A DNA stretch of 64,000 nt from positions 3,596,001 to 3,660,000 of the forward strand of contig NC_043020.1 in NCBI RefSeq assembly GCF_006345805.1, given 5' to 3'. This document shows, piece by piece, positions 26,355-39,662 of this stretch. The position numbers and the translations under genes were made by a program. The notes under the pieces were generated by a model that ran no database searches, had not been told where the DNA came from, and was given only the letters and a program-made list of their open reading frames with translations. This DNA is from Octopus sinensis. Lineage: Eukaryota. The stretch's first letter is position 1, and each line of letters opens with the position of its first letter.

Positions 26355-28004
26355 TCTCTTATTATAAAAGGCAGATTTTATCTGCCTCCCTTTGTCTCTT
26401 ATAGAAATCTACAATATAGGATTTCTTCAATTACAATTTACCTAGCATTTTTAAGAGTAGAATGCATCGGGTCTTGCCAGGTCCACTTTTTAAAATTTCA
26501 ATCCCAATTAAGCAAAATTTAGAGAAAACTCACATTGTGGTGTATGAGTCAAATGCTTTTCTTAGTGTGGGATACAGCACACGCACACGCACACACACAG
26601 TGTGCAACGAATAAAGTGAAAGTAATTCACTGTGTGTGTGTTGACAGGTAGACAATAGAATGCGATGGCGATGGCGATGGCGATGTAATATTTGTTTCTG
26701 TCTATGACGCTGATAGATACATGAGTAAAATGTATGGGAAGCTAAGAGATAAGAGTGAGTGAAAATGTTCTTGGAAGAGAGTAAATAGCGAGAGAGTGAT
26801 TTGAGGAAGACTTTACATTAAATAACCGTAGTGGCCTGTCACATGAAGAGGAGTGAGAGGGTACTGGAGGAAATAGGGTGAGTGAGGAAGATGGCCCCTA
26901 GCAACCACACCTTTTAAGATAGGGATTTCTAAGGTAGCCCACGAGCATCGTCACCTCATTCTACATGTCCCTGTAAATTTTGGAGCGAATCGGACGGAAT
27001 AAAGTTATCTCTAAGAAACAGAAAGATCGCCCAAAAGTGTATATAGATATTTAAATGTATTTATATATTCATCTATACACACATGTATGTATAATGTGTG
27101 TGTATATATTTCCATAGAGGTAACCATTCAATCCATACAAAGTTTTTTAGGACGAAAATATTTATATATAAAAGAAAGGTTGAGTGTCTGTCTACTCCGA
27201 TTTAGATTCCTAACTACTCCCACATTTTGCGATGCAGTTTAACCAAAACCGGGTATCTTATAGTCGTGATTCATATCGAGCCCTTCTGGGTATTAGCGCG
27301 CGTCTACGATGAGTCTATGATTTTACAAATAATTTACCATCATTTTTTCCATTTTAATGCATATTTTTTTAAATAAAGGGAAGTAACTCTCAAACTTCAC
27401 ACCAATATGCGTGCTCATATGCGACGTAATATCACATCAGCAGCATTTCCTCACACCCTCCTTGCACTTGGCGAAAGCAAAATACCAGGGGATGAAAATG
27501 GTAATATTGCCATCGATTCCATTTGTAACATTGTTAAGACACCTTCTGATCTCAGAGATGCAGTGTTCCCAGATCTACAAGCTAATTATCAGAATATGGA
27601 TTGGATTGGCAAAAAGGCTATACTGGCCCCGAGGAATAAAACTGTTCACCATATTAATGATGAAATGCTAAAACTCATTCCTGGGGAAGTCTATGTATAT
27701 CAGTCTATCGATACAACTCCTGACCCAGAGGACGTCATCAACTATCCAATAGAGGTACTCAATTCCTTTGAGCACCCCGGACTACCACCACACTTTCTCA
27801 AACTTAAAGTTGGTGCCCCTATAATGCTCATCAGAAATTTGGTTCCCCCAAAACAATGCAATGGCACACGTTTTATCGTTAAGTCCTTATCTCCCAGCGT
27901 AAACTTATATCAATATTTGCCTGAATAATCATCATAATTCAGTGCAATCATTAACAGTACTTTCAAGCAATTCAGCCCCGAGCATGGCCGGGCAATTCTG
28001 CTAG
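26355..28004 (+). mobile_element. Internally deleted Helitron (1650 bp)
   Basis: 5' A|TCTCTTATTATAAAAG, 3' hairpin CCCG-AGCATGGC-CGGG followed by CTAG|T, and an internal PIF1-like helicase fragment in the same orientation. Confidence 0.8.
27407..27928 (+). pseudogene. Helitron PIF1-like helicase C-terminal fragment
   Basis: AILAPRNKTVHHIN...YPIEVLNS...GLPPHFLKLKVGAPIMLIRNL..PKQCNGTRFIV, an uninterrupted reading frame. Confidence 0.92.
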
Positions 28005-28226
28005 TATAATATAAATTAGAGATAAAACTACTATTATGCAACTCAAACAGTGATAGACATAAACCGATACATAAATAACCAGTATATATATTTTTATTAT
28101 TTAATTTATAACTTATAACTAGATCTCAAAAAGTATAAAATGAATGATAAAAATATATGTAAAAACACTACGTACGTTTCATGGCTACAATTAAATTCGA
28201 ATTACAATTAAGTTTAAATTCAATTG

Positions 28227-28269
<43 letters not shown>

Positions 28270-28370
28270 CATAAATACATATATATGCATATACATGGAA
28301 ATATGTATACACACACGCACAAGCGCACACACAGAGGAACACACACACACACACACGCGTACGTGTGTGT

Positions 28371-28429
<59 letters not shown>

Positions 28430-28850
28430 CGGTTCTATCCATCTGTCAATAACCTGACATAAACCAAAAAAATGTCCGTGTTGAACCTAAATCCTGTTCT
28501 ACTTAACATTTGTTATCTCCCTTTCTTCCTCCCTCTCCTGTCCCATCCTTTTACCAACGCTCAATGTTTCTTGCCTCGTTGGTGTTCTTGTTGTTGTGGT
28601 TGTTGCTATTGTTAATGGTAATGGTGATGGTGGTGTTGGATGTAATAGCTTTGTTGTTGGTGGCGGTGGTTGAGGCGATGCTGATAACTGCTGATGTCCT
28701 TGGTTTTATTGTTCCTCTTGTTAGCGATGGTGGTGGTGATGGTGATAGTGCTGGTGGCGGGGATGGTAGTCGTCGTCGCCGCCATCGTCGTCATTTCGTG
28801 TACATTCATGGTTGCTGTGGATTCTGATGACATTGGTGTTGTTATTGATG

Positions 28851-29080
28851 GCAGCAAGCTGGCAGAAACGTTAGCAGACCGGGCGAAATGCTTAGCGGTA
28901 TTTCGTCTGCCGTTACGTTGTGAGTTCAAATTCTGCCAAGGTCAACTTTGCCTTTCACCCTTTCGGGGTCGATTAAACAAGTACCAGTTACTGGGGTCGA
29001 TGTAATCGACTTAGTCCGTTTGTCTGTCCTTGTTTGTCCTCTCTGTGTTTAGCCCCTTGTGGGTAGTAAAGAAATAGGTA
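28851..29080 (+). mobile_element. Full-length SINE family A with 12 bp TSD
   Basis: TTGTTATTGATG at 28839-28850 and 29081-29092. Confidence 0.9.
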
Positions 29081-29437
29081 TTGTTATTGATGTTAATGGT
29101 GGTGGTGGTGATGGTAGTTTGGGGTTAGAGTGATGTTGGTCTGGCGATGGTGATGTTCATGTTGTCCGCATATTCAAATGGTCACCAGTTTTTTAAGTAA
29201 TTTTCTTTCATTACGTATTAGATCTGTGGATGTGCAGCGCGTGTGTAATATGCTGTGTTGCATTGTACACTGTTTCTGTGTTCTTTTCAGTTTATTGTGG
29301 TTTGTTGTAAAGGCGATGACAGCCAAGAGAGGATTGTTCATGGCCCTTGATGGATCTCACGGACATTGTGTGTGCTCCACTGTCTTCTCTGTATTGTGAC
29401 CGAGGCGGACATGTTGCATATAACTTTCTAACGAGTT

Positions 29438-29851
29438 TTAGTCACCAAACTGTGACCATTCTAGAGCATCGCCTCTATCCCAAAATGAACTGGATTTTTC
29501 TGACATCTCCTTAGCCCATTTCTTTCTTTTCATGATATTAATTGGTTGAAGGAGAGGTTTTCTTCTAGCTGCTCGTCCATAATACCCAAGCTTACGCAGA
29601 TATGTAACACATGTTCTTCGACTAACTTCCAGCTGTTTTGCAATGCCAGAAGCCCTCGAACAGGGTTTGTTTTCCACAATTCCCTTCAAATTGTGGAGCT
29701 TCCTTTCCGAGGGTCCAGGTCGGCCGGAACGAGCATCTGTTGATTCTTTTTCTTGGCTTTTGAATTGCACTATAATTCTATTAACAGTAACGAGGAATTT
29801 GAAGATTTTCGGCAATTTTTCGCTGGCTAAGACCAGCCTCAGATTGCCCAA
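29438..29851 (-). pseudogene. Tc1-like transposase N-terminal fragment
   Basis: RSGRP...[39 protein letters not shown]...FW. Confidence 0.85.
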
Positions 29852-30189
29852 CGATACGACCTCTTTGAAAATCTGACAGTTCTGCTGAATTTTTTATGCG
29901 TGGCATGGTTACTCGTCGCAAATATTTAATTGGTACCTGGAATGAAAAGGAATAATTACATTGTTACAAGAATAATTATGGGTTTTCTGTTTAGATACTT
30001 TTTACGTCTTAGCAGGAGGGAAGGGGGTGTTTATTATTTTTTTTTTTGAAAAATTGAAATTTTACTATTTTTTTTCTTTCAGAATCCTAATCTCTGTATA
30101 TTTTTACGTATTTCGCCAAAAAATTTCTAAAAAACGTGAAAAATTAGGGTGGGGGTTAATTGAAATTTTGAAATGCCGATTTTTTTTTT

Positions 30190-30770
30190 TAAGCAAGAGG
30201 ATGGACCCATATGAGCAGACTGCGAAAAGGTTCAAGTTCCTCTCAGAATTGATGAACAATTCAGAATTTCATATGAACAGTATCAAACTTATTGTATCGC
30301 ATTACAAAGACGATATCGACCACAGATTAATAAATGAGTGATATCAGTTGAAAGAGTATTTACACCTTGGGAAATCGCAGAACTTACAAGAAAACACAGC
30401 ATCTAAAATGCAATGTACAGAAGTTCTTCAGTTTATTCATGAGCAACAATTAATTGAAGTGTTCCCTAATATTCTTTTCTACTCTAGGCAGAAGGTCCGA
30501 AAATTTGGGGGAGGGGGCCACTCGATTAGATCGACCCCTATACGCAACTGGTACTTAATTTATCGATCCTGAAAGGATGAAAGGCAAAGTCAACCTCGGC
30601 AGAATTTCAGTGTTCCCTAATATTACCCCTGCACTTAAGCTGTACTTGTCAATGCCTACCACGAGCTGTGAAGCAGAAAAGAATTTCTCAAAGCTTTCTT
30701 TTATAAAAATAAATTTCGGTCTACCATGACTGAAGAGCGCTTAAGTTCCTTTACGATCTATTTACGATCA
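30190..30770 (+). pseudogene. hAT transposase C-terminal dimerisation fragment interrupted by a SINE
   Basis: LQFIHEQQLIEVFPNI...ALKLYLSMPTTSCEAEKNFSKLSFIK..FRSTMTEERLS. Confidence 0.82.
30474..30608 (-). mobile_element. 5'-truncated SINE (family A) with 16 bp TSD
   Basis: AGTGTTCCCTAATATT duplicated at 30458-30473 and 30609-30624. Confidence 0.85.
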
Positions 30771-31019
30771 GGAACTTATTGTTGTAAACAGCCGCTGAAA
30801 TAACAGCTGATATTCGCCAGAAAATTGCTAAAAACCAGCAAAGATCAACCAAACTGAATGCTAAAGGTCTCTGAAAATCAGCAGCAAACGTGAAATTGTT
30901 ATTCACCGGGAAAATGCATTAACGACAGAAAGAAAAATATTTATAAAATCGAAAATTAAGAACAAATTCAATAGCAACATCGCAAAATATTGCTTTCAAA
31001 TTTTGGCATAAGGACAACA

Positions 31020-31185
31020 AATTCGGGGGTGATGGGCAGCAAGTCGTCTACATCGACCAACTGAAACCCGAAAGGATGAAAGGCAAAATGAGCGCCAGCG
31101 GAACTTGAACTCAGAACGTAAAAACATGATATACCGCTAAGCGTTTTTGCGCTGCGCGGTAACAATTCTGCCAGCTCGCCGCCTA
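31020..31185 (-). mobile_element. SINE family A, degenerate
   Basis: gaaaggatgaaaggcaaa...gaacttgaactcagaacgta...ctgccagctcgccgcc. Confidence 0.75.
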
Positions 31186-31371
31186 CGAAATCCGGAAAAT
31201 ATTAATGGAATAAATAAAAAATATAGAAAACAAAATGAAAATCGAAAATATTAAGGCGATTTAGAGACATATGAATATACAAAAATAATTTGGCTATTCT
31301 TTGTTCTCTTATGCGTATATATATATATATATATATATATACGCATAAGAGAACAAAGTGTACGTACGCCG

Positions 31372-31425
<54 letters not shown>

Positions 31426-31430
<5 letters not shown>

Positions 31431-31900
31431 GCAAAATGAGACAAGAACGCAAAACATCCGGACAAGTAGGGGATACAAAAAGGGACAACAAAACATCCAG
31501 ATAGACGATACAAAGAAAACAAGGACGAGTCATTCGAAGTTTTATTTCTTCAGTCAAGCACCAGATCATCCTCGTAATTTCGGCTGATTATTCTTGAGAT
31601 TGCTCCATTCTGGCCAGCCCCAAGGAAAAACTAAGCTAAGAGCATTAGATTCCTTGTTAGAAAGCAGCGAATGTATACAAAAACAAGGACGGAAAAAACG
31701 GACAATGTTACACAAATATAAATACAATAAAAGTACAATAAAAATAATAACCGGACATAACAACAGGTGTCTTTCGACTAAAGACGAATTGAATTAAGCT
31801 GGCGCGTGTGGAAATGAAGCCTTACGGCAGAGATACAAGGATTTCACAAACACAGGGAAGAATATCGATGTTGCACAGACCACGGTCAAACCAAGAAGGA
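31426..31900 (+). repeat. (TA)n-anchored dispersed repeat
   Basis: The end gacaagaacgcaaaacatcc adjoins (TA)n here, at about 7195 and inverted at about 13905-13950. Confidence 0.65.
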
Positions 31901-32884
31901 AAGAGCAAGCAGACTTGGTCGATCGGTCACGTGGGAAGAGAAGAGAAAGGAGTAGAAGCAGAGTGACAGAAGAATTAAGGAGGGGGAAGAGAAGAGAGAG
32001 AAGTAGAAGCAGAGGAACAGAAGAATTAAGGAGGGGCGAGAAAAAATGACATATGAAATATGCACATATACAGGGCCGGATTTAGATGCTGTCAAGGCGG
32101 CACTTGCCCTGGGAACCCCTCGATATTGGGATCTCCTTCATATCGGGCACGCTTCTACGGATGATATGGAGTATTCAATACAGACAGAGAAGCCCCTCCA
32201 CTAACCAACGATCTTGCACGAAGAGGCTGTCTTTCAAATTACAAACATCTCGACATCTTAAAAACTTCAGTTGATTTTCTTTAATGATAAATAAGCATAG
32301 ATTTTTTTCCATTTTAGCGACATCAATGTATTAAAAAAAACAAAAAAAAACAGAACAGCTTGCTACCAGTCCCAAAAGTAGCTGTAGCTTTTTCTTCTTT
32401 AGCGATATCAGTCCCCAGGCAATTTCCTCTTTGGGGACCGATGTTGCTAAGCAGAAAAAAGGTAAAAGCTACCACTCCTTGAAGGCCAAGGCCGTAGAAT
32501 TGGGAGTGGAGGGGTTGGGGTATTTTTTTTATTTTCATGAAAATGTAAATTTTACAAACAATTTTTTTCAAAATCATAATATCATAATCTCCGTATTTTT
32601 CCACGTATTTCGCCAAAAAAAAAAAAAAAAATCCGGAACAAGCGAAAAATGAAGAAATAGGGTGGGGGTGGGGATTGAAATTTTGAAGTTGCGATTTTTG
32701 AAAATTTATTTTCAGAATCGGAATCTACATAGCCGAAAACGTGGGATTCCGTAAAAACAAAAATTGAGCGGTGGGAGGGGTCCGTTTACATCTCCGGTAT
32801 ATACGCAAAAAATCTTACACCCTCTTCTTCCTTCATTATACTTTTCACAATGAAAGAAAAGTCAAACCCTGCAAGTGGATAAAT

Positions 32885-33037
32885 ACAGTTCTGTGTTTAA
32901 GAGATGAGGAATTATGTACATTATTTACATTTCACGGATATTTGTCCTCATCTTGTTTGTTGTTAACACAACGCTTCGGCTAATATATACCCTCCAGCCT
33001 TCATCAGATGTCTTGGGGGAAATTTCGAACCTGGGTT
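32885..33037 (-). mobile_element. Truncated copy of the hammerhead-carrying SINE-like element
   Basis: Colinear with 40385-40535 (acagttct...gagatgaggaattatgtacattattt...ttcgaacctgggtt); breaks off at the mariner junction. Confidence 0.85.
32965..33012 (-). ncRNA. Hammerhead motif family 4, mutated copy
   Basis: GACAU-CUGAUGA-A-GGCUG..UAGCC-GAAG-CG-UU-GUGUU. Same family as 40465, but GAAA>GAAG changes A15.1, so it is probably inactive. Confidence 0.7.
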
Positions 33038-33750
33038 GACAAGGTAATGAGTCGTTCGCATGTGCACTTCAAAAGCAGGCAACCCTAACGTCTGTATTGA
33101 ACATGCAGCGTGTCTCTGCCAAGTTCGTCCCCTGCCTGCTGACCATTGAGCAGAAAAAAACATCGCGTCGAAGTCTGTCAAGATCTCCGTCAGCATGCCA
33201 CTGGTGACCCACCCTTCATGTCGAGGATCATCACTGGTGACGAGACAATGGAAAAGTCTTTCATCTTCACGACCGAGGAAGGCGCGACAGAGTCGCAGCT
33301 CAATTAAGAGCGTGCTCGTCCGCAGTATTGTGCATCGGGGATTCGTCCACCAGGGTCAGACCGTTAATCGAGAGTTCTACTGCGACGTTTTGGAGCGTTT
33401 GTGGGACAATATTCGGCAAAAGCCACCGGATTTGTGGAGCGCGAAGAAATGGATTCTACCCGACGACAATGCACCCTGCCACCACCCAGTCCTCCTCACT
33501 CGTGAGTTTCTCGCCAAAAACAAATGACCATTACTTTCATATCCGCCCTATTCGCCAGATTTAACACCTGCGGACTTCATCTGTTCCTCAGGATGAAAAG
33601 GCCGCTCAAAGGTTGCTGTTTTAACACTACTGCCGTGATCAAGAGCGATTCGCAGAACGTTCTCGACTCGCTTACGGAAAACCACTCGCAGGAACGCTGG
33701 GACCGGTGTGTTACTGTGCAACGAGAATATTTCAAAGGAAATCATGTTAA
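33038..33750 (+). mobile_element. Degenerate mariner transposase (catalytic half)
   Basis: RVSAKFVP; ITGDET; GQTVNREFYCDVLERL; WILPDDNAPCH; PPYSPDLTPADF; ERWDRCV. Confidence 0.9.
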
Positions 33751-33777
33751 AACATAACTAGTCCGACACCACAATTT

Positions 33778-34142
<365 letters not shown>

Positions 34143-35202
34143 ATTCTTTTATTCTTTTACTTTAGTCGAAGAAATCGACCCAGGATTTATTCTTTGTTAG
34201 CCTACTACTTATTCTATCGTTCTCTTTTGCCGAATCACTAACTCATACAAATACACGCACACACACACACACAGACACATACACACACACAAACGCGCGC
34301 ACACACACATACGCACACACACATACACACACACACACGCACGCACGCACACACGTTCATGTGTGTAATATAGCGTTACCAATCAGGCTTGATCAATCAA
34401 AATTTCGTTCTAAATCATAGTTATCTCCCTTGTAATATATCTATTTCCATCTTGTTAACACCTGCCGTCTCCAACAAGTTTTATTTCTGATTAAGCACAG
34501 GTTGGTTGTTACGATTATTTACTGAAGTATAAATACACATACACACACACGTACATGCATGTACACACACACACAAACATACATACATAAATACATGCAT
34601 ACATACATACACACATACATGCATGCATACATACATACATACATACATACATACATACATACATACATACGTACATACATACATACGTACATACATACAT
34701 ACATACATACATACATACATACATACATGCATGCATGCATGCATGCATGCATACATACATACATACATACATACATACATACATACATACATGCATGCAT
34801 GCATGCATGCATGCATACATACATACATACATACATACATACATACAACTGTGCCTGGTCTTGCCCTGTTTTGCTAATATATCTTAAGTAAATACAAATA
34901 CCAGAGTTCAGAATATTTTTTGGATAAATTGTTTTAAAAGGATTCTATCTGTTTTCAGTTGATGGGAGAATGCTGACTCACGCAGATTTGTCGAATCGAA
35001 TCTCTTCAGAAAACAGTTCAACTGAAGCTTCGAAAAATACGCGAAATAAATAAATAAATAAATAAGAAAGAAATGAAATGAATAAATATATAAACTGGAA
35101 TAAACTTTTGGTTTAACAATTTTTAATATTTTCTAACGGTTCCTGTAAAAATGTGTTTAGTCGAAATGCAGAGCTAAGCAAGTAACCGTATTTAATTCAA
35201 CA

Positions 35203-35246
35203 GTGGCTGACGAAGTGAATATTCACCGAAACTCAAGATGTCCTAC
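35203..35246 (+). ncRNA. Type I minimal hammerhead ribozyme motif (family 3), upstream of a PLE RT relic
   Basis: GUGG-CUGACGA-AGUGAAUAUUCACC-GAAA-CUCAAGAUG-UC^-CUAC. Stem I GUGG/CUAC, near-palindromic stem II, stem III AC/GU, GUC site after 35242. Confidence 0.6.
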
Positions 35247-35329
35247 CACGTGCCTTATGGTATATACGTATATACACACTTATTTTCTAAATGTGGAACG
35301 GAGCTCGTTGTGTGATTTAGCCTCGGAGT

Positions 35330-36150
35330 GTAACCACCTCACTGACACACGTTATATAGATTCAAGAAAGACGTCCAAATATCTCGGTCGAAAAATTATT
35401 AGGGTTACTAACTGCAGAGCAGTCAATTTCCTGGACGTGACTCCAGACTTTAGAAGTGATTCCTGTAAGCTCTTTAGGAAGCAAAATGAAAACTTAGATT
35501 AACGCAGGATCCTACAGAGCATGTAATAGTCAAGAGCCCTTGTTAAAGGTGTAGGCAAAGAAATCTCTAATCTTTGCTAGGACGGCACCATACTGAGGCC
35601 CCCCTTCGGTCACGACACTGACCATGGGATTGCACCTAGAAAGTTACCCTCCCAGGCACAAGTCCGGGCAAGGTTGTTTATGGAAGACCAGCAGTCGCCC
35701 ATGCATACCGGCCTCTCCTCTCCATGCCACCCGTGTTATCCAAGGGAGAGGTAAAGGGGCCGATACAGCTTGGCACCTGTGACGTCGCAACTCATTTCTA
35801 CAGCTGAGTGAACTGGAGCAACGTGAAATAAAGTGTCTTGCTCAAGAACACAACACGCAGCCCGGTCCGAGATTCGAGCTCACAACTGTAAGCTCGACGC
35901 TCTAACCACTGAGCCATGCGCCTTCACACGGCACCATACTATAATGATACAAACAAATCCAATGGGTTCGAACATAAGCTTGCTTATAAAACATTAAAGG
36001 AATCATCAAAAGAACAAAAGACTGAATGCTTATTTAGTTTTTACCCAATCCTCACTCAACATCAGACAAGATTTTCCTTCCACTTAATAAATAGGCATTT
36101 CTCACTGGAGCACAAATACAAGAAACTTTTCATAGACACAGTAATAGTCA
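35330..36150 (+). pseudogene. Penelope-like element RT/thumb/linker relic, interrupted by a SINE
   Basis: LGRKIIRVTNCRAVNFLDVTPDFRSDSCKLFRKQN resembles the PLE VNFLDVT.DL...Y.P.RKPN motif. After the SINE, APYY...SNGFEHKLAY...FHLINRHFSLEHKYKKLF resembles the PLE linker. Stops and frameshifts present. Confidence 0.75.
35595..35927 (-). mobile_element. Full-length tRNA-derived SINE with conserved central domain and 13 bp TSD
   Basis: Minus head GGCTCAGTGGTTAGAGCG...; central TTGTGTTCTTGAGCAAGACACTTT...CTCCAGTTCACTCAGCTGTA (Meta/V-type-like domain, by recall). TSD ACGGCACCATACT at 35582-35594 and 35928-35940. Confidence 0.85.
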
Positions 36151-37179
36151 CAAACTACCTGGACCCGGACGGTAAGTCGATGATACCGAGTCTGAAAGGA
36201 TTCAAAAGAAGTGTGCCTTCAGAGTGGCCGTCTATGTCCCATGCCGATCAATTTCGTAGATGCCTTCTGGGGATTGCCCCACTCTTTAGTACTCGTACGA
36301 GACTGAAATAGTATCTAAGATGATGCTACAAGGATTGTGTAGGGCTATCCGATAGGAGACAGGGTGTGTAAAAATCTCACAAATTCCTCGAGCATTTTTA
36401 ACTATTTGAACGACTAGTCGTTGTGCCAATGTAGACACTGAGCAACTATGAAGGCATCCAGATGATATCTATATTGGACATTTGATAAGCCAATGGACAT
36501 CAATAATGTAGGGTGGCCACAATTTCAACAGATCGATTCACAAAACAAATTTGGTGACTTGCATCGGTTGACTGAGACAAATTCTATAGACAGATAAATA
36601 CCCAGCTTATAGACAGATACCCAGCTATTGGCAACTGAACACGTTGCGTTTTGTGTTCAAAGCCTACGGAGGCCATATTTGTGAATTAATAAGGCGGTAG
36701 TTGACGTAGATGATATTCAATTATCGTTGGTGGAATGCTCTAAAGTTGGTTATTTGCTAAGCAAAAATATAGCAATTTAGGAAAATAAATTAACGTGGAA
36801 GCTAATGATCAAATACAACGCAATTAGAAAAGTACCATAGCCGATGTGCTTGCAACGAGAATAGCATAGATTTTGGATCATTTCTTGAACAAAATACGAA
36901 GGTTGTATTGCCAGAACTAAGGCGCGTGTTCTAAGATACGAGGGAAAGCAATACGTTCAAAGGAGCTGGATGAAAGAGGCACGAAGAACTGGAATGGGCA
37001 CATACTATTCAATTAGGTGCATGTAGCTTTCCAGCGACACTTTGCTTAGCTTTTCAGGCGAGCGGTGGAGCAGAAATAGTGGCTTTTTGTACCTACCTCA
37101 ACGGCATACTGTGGCATTCGATGGAAGATGTGAAATGCTATGAAAAAAACGATAACAGTAGCTGAGATACGGAAGGCAT

Positions 37180-37790
37180 TAAGTGGTTGTACGAGAAGCA
37201 AATCGCTTGGTTTGGATGGTCTGCCTCATGAGTTTTAGGTCTTTGCGGAACTTATTTGTCTCACGAGTTTCATATGTCTTTGCCAAACTTGTTTGCCAAC
37301 GTCTTGGTGAACCTCGACAGCAGCTGGCAGTCGAACCGGAGAATTCCCAGATCTGTCGATGGAGTAGGGGTAGCGTTTGAAAAACGACACGAAGAAAGAA
37401 TATGTTATTGATCATTTTCGGCCCTTAATTTTGCTGAATGTAGAGTTTAATATTTTAGCAAAGGTACTCGCAAACAGGCTGGCATTTGTTAGTTTAGTCG
37501 GTAAAACAATTAACCTGCGCGAAACCTTAACAAATTTATCCAAGGAAATTTCCACCGCATACAATACATTGTAGAGTGGGTGGGTAACAAACCTTAATTC
37601 GGTGGTACCCTTATCAATTTGGATCAAGTGAAAGCTTTTGATTAGGGCAGCTATCGCTATTAGGGGATTGTCTAGAAGGCAGCTGGATTTTGGTCCCGTT
37701 TTTAGAGACAAAAGCATCTCAATGAACAGCGGCATCTTTCCGGGGATTAATGCCGTTTTTATTTTTACAAGGAATTCTATTCCCTGTATG
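37180..37790 (+). pseudogene. L1/Tx1-like reverse transcriptase fragment
   Basis: DHFRPLILLNVEFNILAKVLANRL and, after a frameshift, LINLDQVKAF...AAGF. Confidence 0.72.
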
Positions 37791-38724
37791 TGCGCGCGCA
37801 CATGTGTTTATAAATATTCATTCGGACGATTCCAAGTGAAAATAATCGTAACAATTTCCCGATTTAAAACAAAAGAGCATTTTTTTTTTGTCTTTATGTT
37901 GACCTCACACTTTGTTTCCCCGTTCTTACTCTGTGGTATTTCAATTGCTTTCCTCATTTTCTGTTTGCCCGTAAAGATAATTAAAAAATTGTTTTCCTCC
38001 TTTATGAAACCCCATTAAATATTATCAAATGAAGCCCCTTTATCTGTTACAGCCAAACATTGTTGCTACTACAAACATGATAACACACACTCATGTGTGT
38101 TTGTGTGTGCGTGTGCATATATATGTATGTGTGTGTAAGAGCATATCAGTAATGACTTGACAAGAAATGAACTATTTACATAGAAAGCTTAGTTAACAAC
38201 CTAACCACCCTTGCCAACGAGTCCATCCTGTCAAAAGGTACCGTTAGTTTTGTTCTCCATATTTATCTTTTCTTTTCGTCATGTGGTCTCCTCGCCTATG
38301 TCCTTCACACACACACTTGTATTACTTTATCTTTTTAATTCTTGGTCGTTATGCCTGTCCTACTTGGCTAAGCTGGCTCTCTATGACTAACAACAAAGAC
38401 TAGAAACGACTGGCGGCGGAGGAGGGATTTAAATGATAGTTGAAGTAGAAATTGTTTAAATAATGTCAGTCATCTCGCACTATTCGGAAGTGACGTAGAG
38501 AAGACAAAAGCTGTTAAAATATTCTAAAAATATAGAAAAAGAAATATCGTCCATTAATAAACCCCTTAAAGGACTTCGTAAAATAAGTACCCACACACAC
38601 ACACACACACGCACACCCACGCGAGCGCGCGATGCACACATGATTGAGGAAGGTGGAGGTGCTTTGAAGGACTTCGTATGTGGAAGATTCTAAATGAATT
38701 GAAATTTTCTTTTTAGGCGACTAC

Positions 38725-38756
<32 letters not shown>

Positions 38757-38974
38757 ACATACATAATACATACATACATACATACATACACGATCAGCGG
38801 AAACAATGCAACGTTCAACACGAGAAATGAGAGGCAAAAAAGAAAAAAAGCGTAACATTCTGTTCCTCATTCATTCATTCGTAAGTGTCTCCTAAGTGTC
38901 GAAAGGAAATCGGACAAATACCGTTTTCAAGGAAATTCGCGTAAGACAAATCTTGGTCACACACACACACACAC

Positions 38975-39046
<72 letters not shown>

Positions 39047-39230
39047 ACACACACACACAACTACGGTATCGTTACAAATATTCGCGATCTCCGGCAACAA
39101 AAACAGAGGAAACCCAGAAGATCTTAGAGAGAAGAACAAAGAGTAGAATACCGATGTACCTGATGGTTTATTTGCTGCGAGAATCTGCTCAAAACCCAAA
39201 TCGATTCCATTTATTTTCCATAATTAGCAG

Positions 39231-39349
39231 TAACTACTGTTAATTATAGTATACATGTGCATAACTCACGGAAACAATAAAATACCTGTGTAATATAGGG
39301 AAGGGAAAACCAAAGGAACGAAGCAACTGGATTTTGATAATCAAGAAAG
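39231..39349 (+). other. Candidate non-coding 5' UTR exon of the SLCO gene
   Basis: Consensus donor AAG|GTAAGT at 39349/39350 and a possible acceptor (ttattttccataattagcag) at 39230, in a non-repetitive, CpG-richer island (about 39060-39600). The SLCO ATG exon has an upstream acceptor, so a UTR exon must exist. Assignment to this site is inference only. Confidence 0.25.
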
Positions 39350-39613
39350 GTAAGTTTTCTGTGCTTTTTCTTTCTGTTACTGTTTGTTTGTTTGTTTGTT
39401 GAGCGAAGCGGTCTTCGTCCCAGAGCTCGCAAATTCGCGCCTCTCTAGTGGGAGAAACGTGGTCCTTCGCTATTCGTAAGACCCGCAGAAGAGAAAGCAG
39501 GTCAAACCCCGACACCGAGAGCATCGACGGATGGATGAATGCGCATCAAGGCTCAGCGGTTGCGTAGGAAGTCGGGGATTCTGTTGCTCTTAAGTTTCAC
39601 AGTGAGAGTGAAG

Positions 39614-39662
<49 letters not shown>

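Noticed and set aside
31525-31620. CUGAAGA and CAGCC-GAAA on the minus strand
   Set aside because: The motifs are in the wrong order or lack partners (GAAU instead of GAAA, no stem I).
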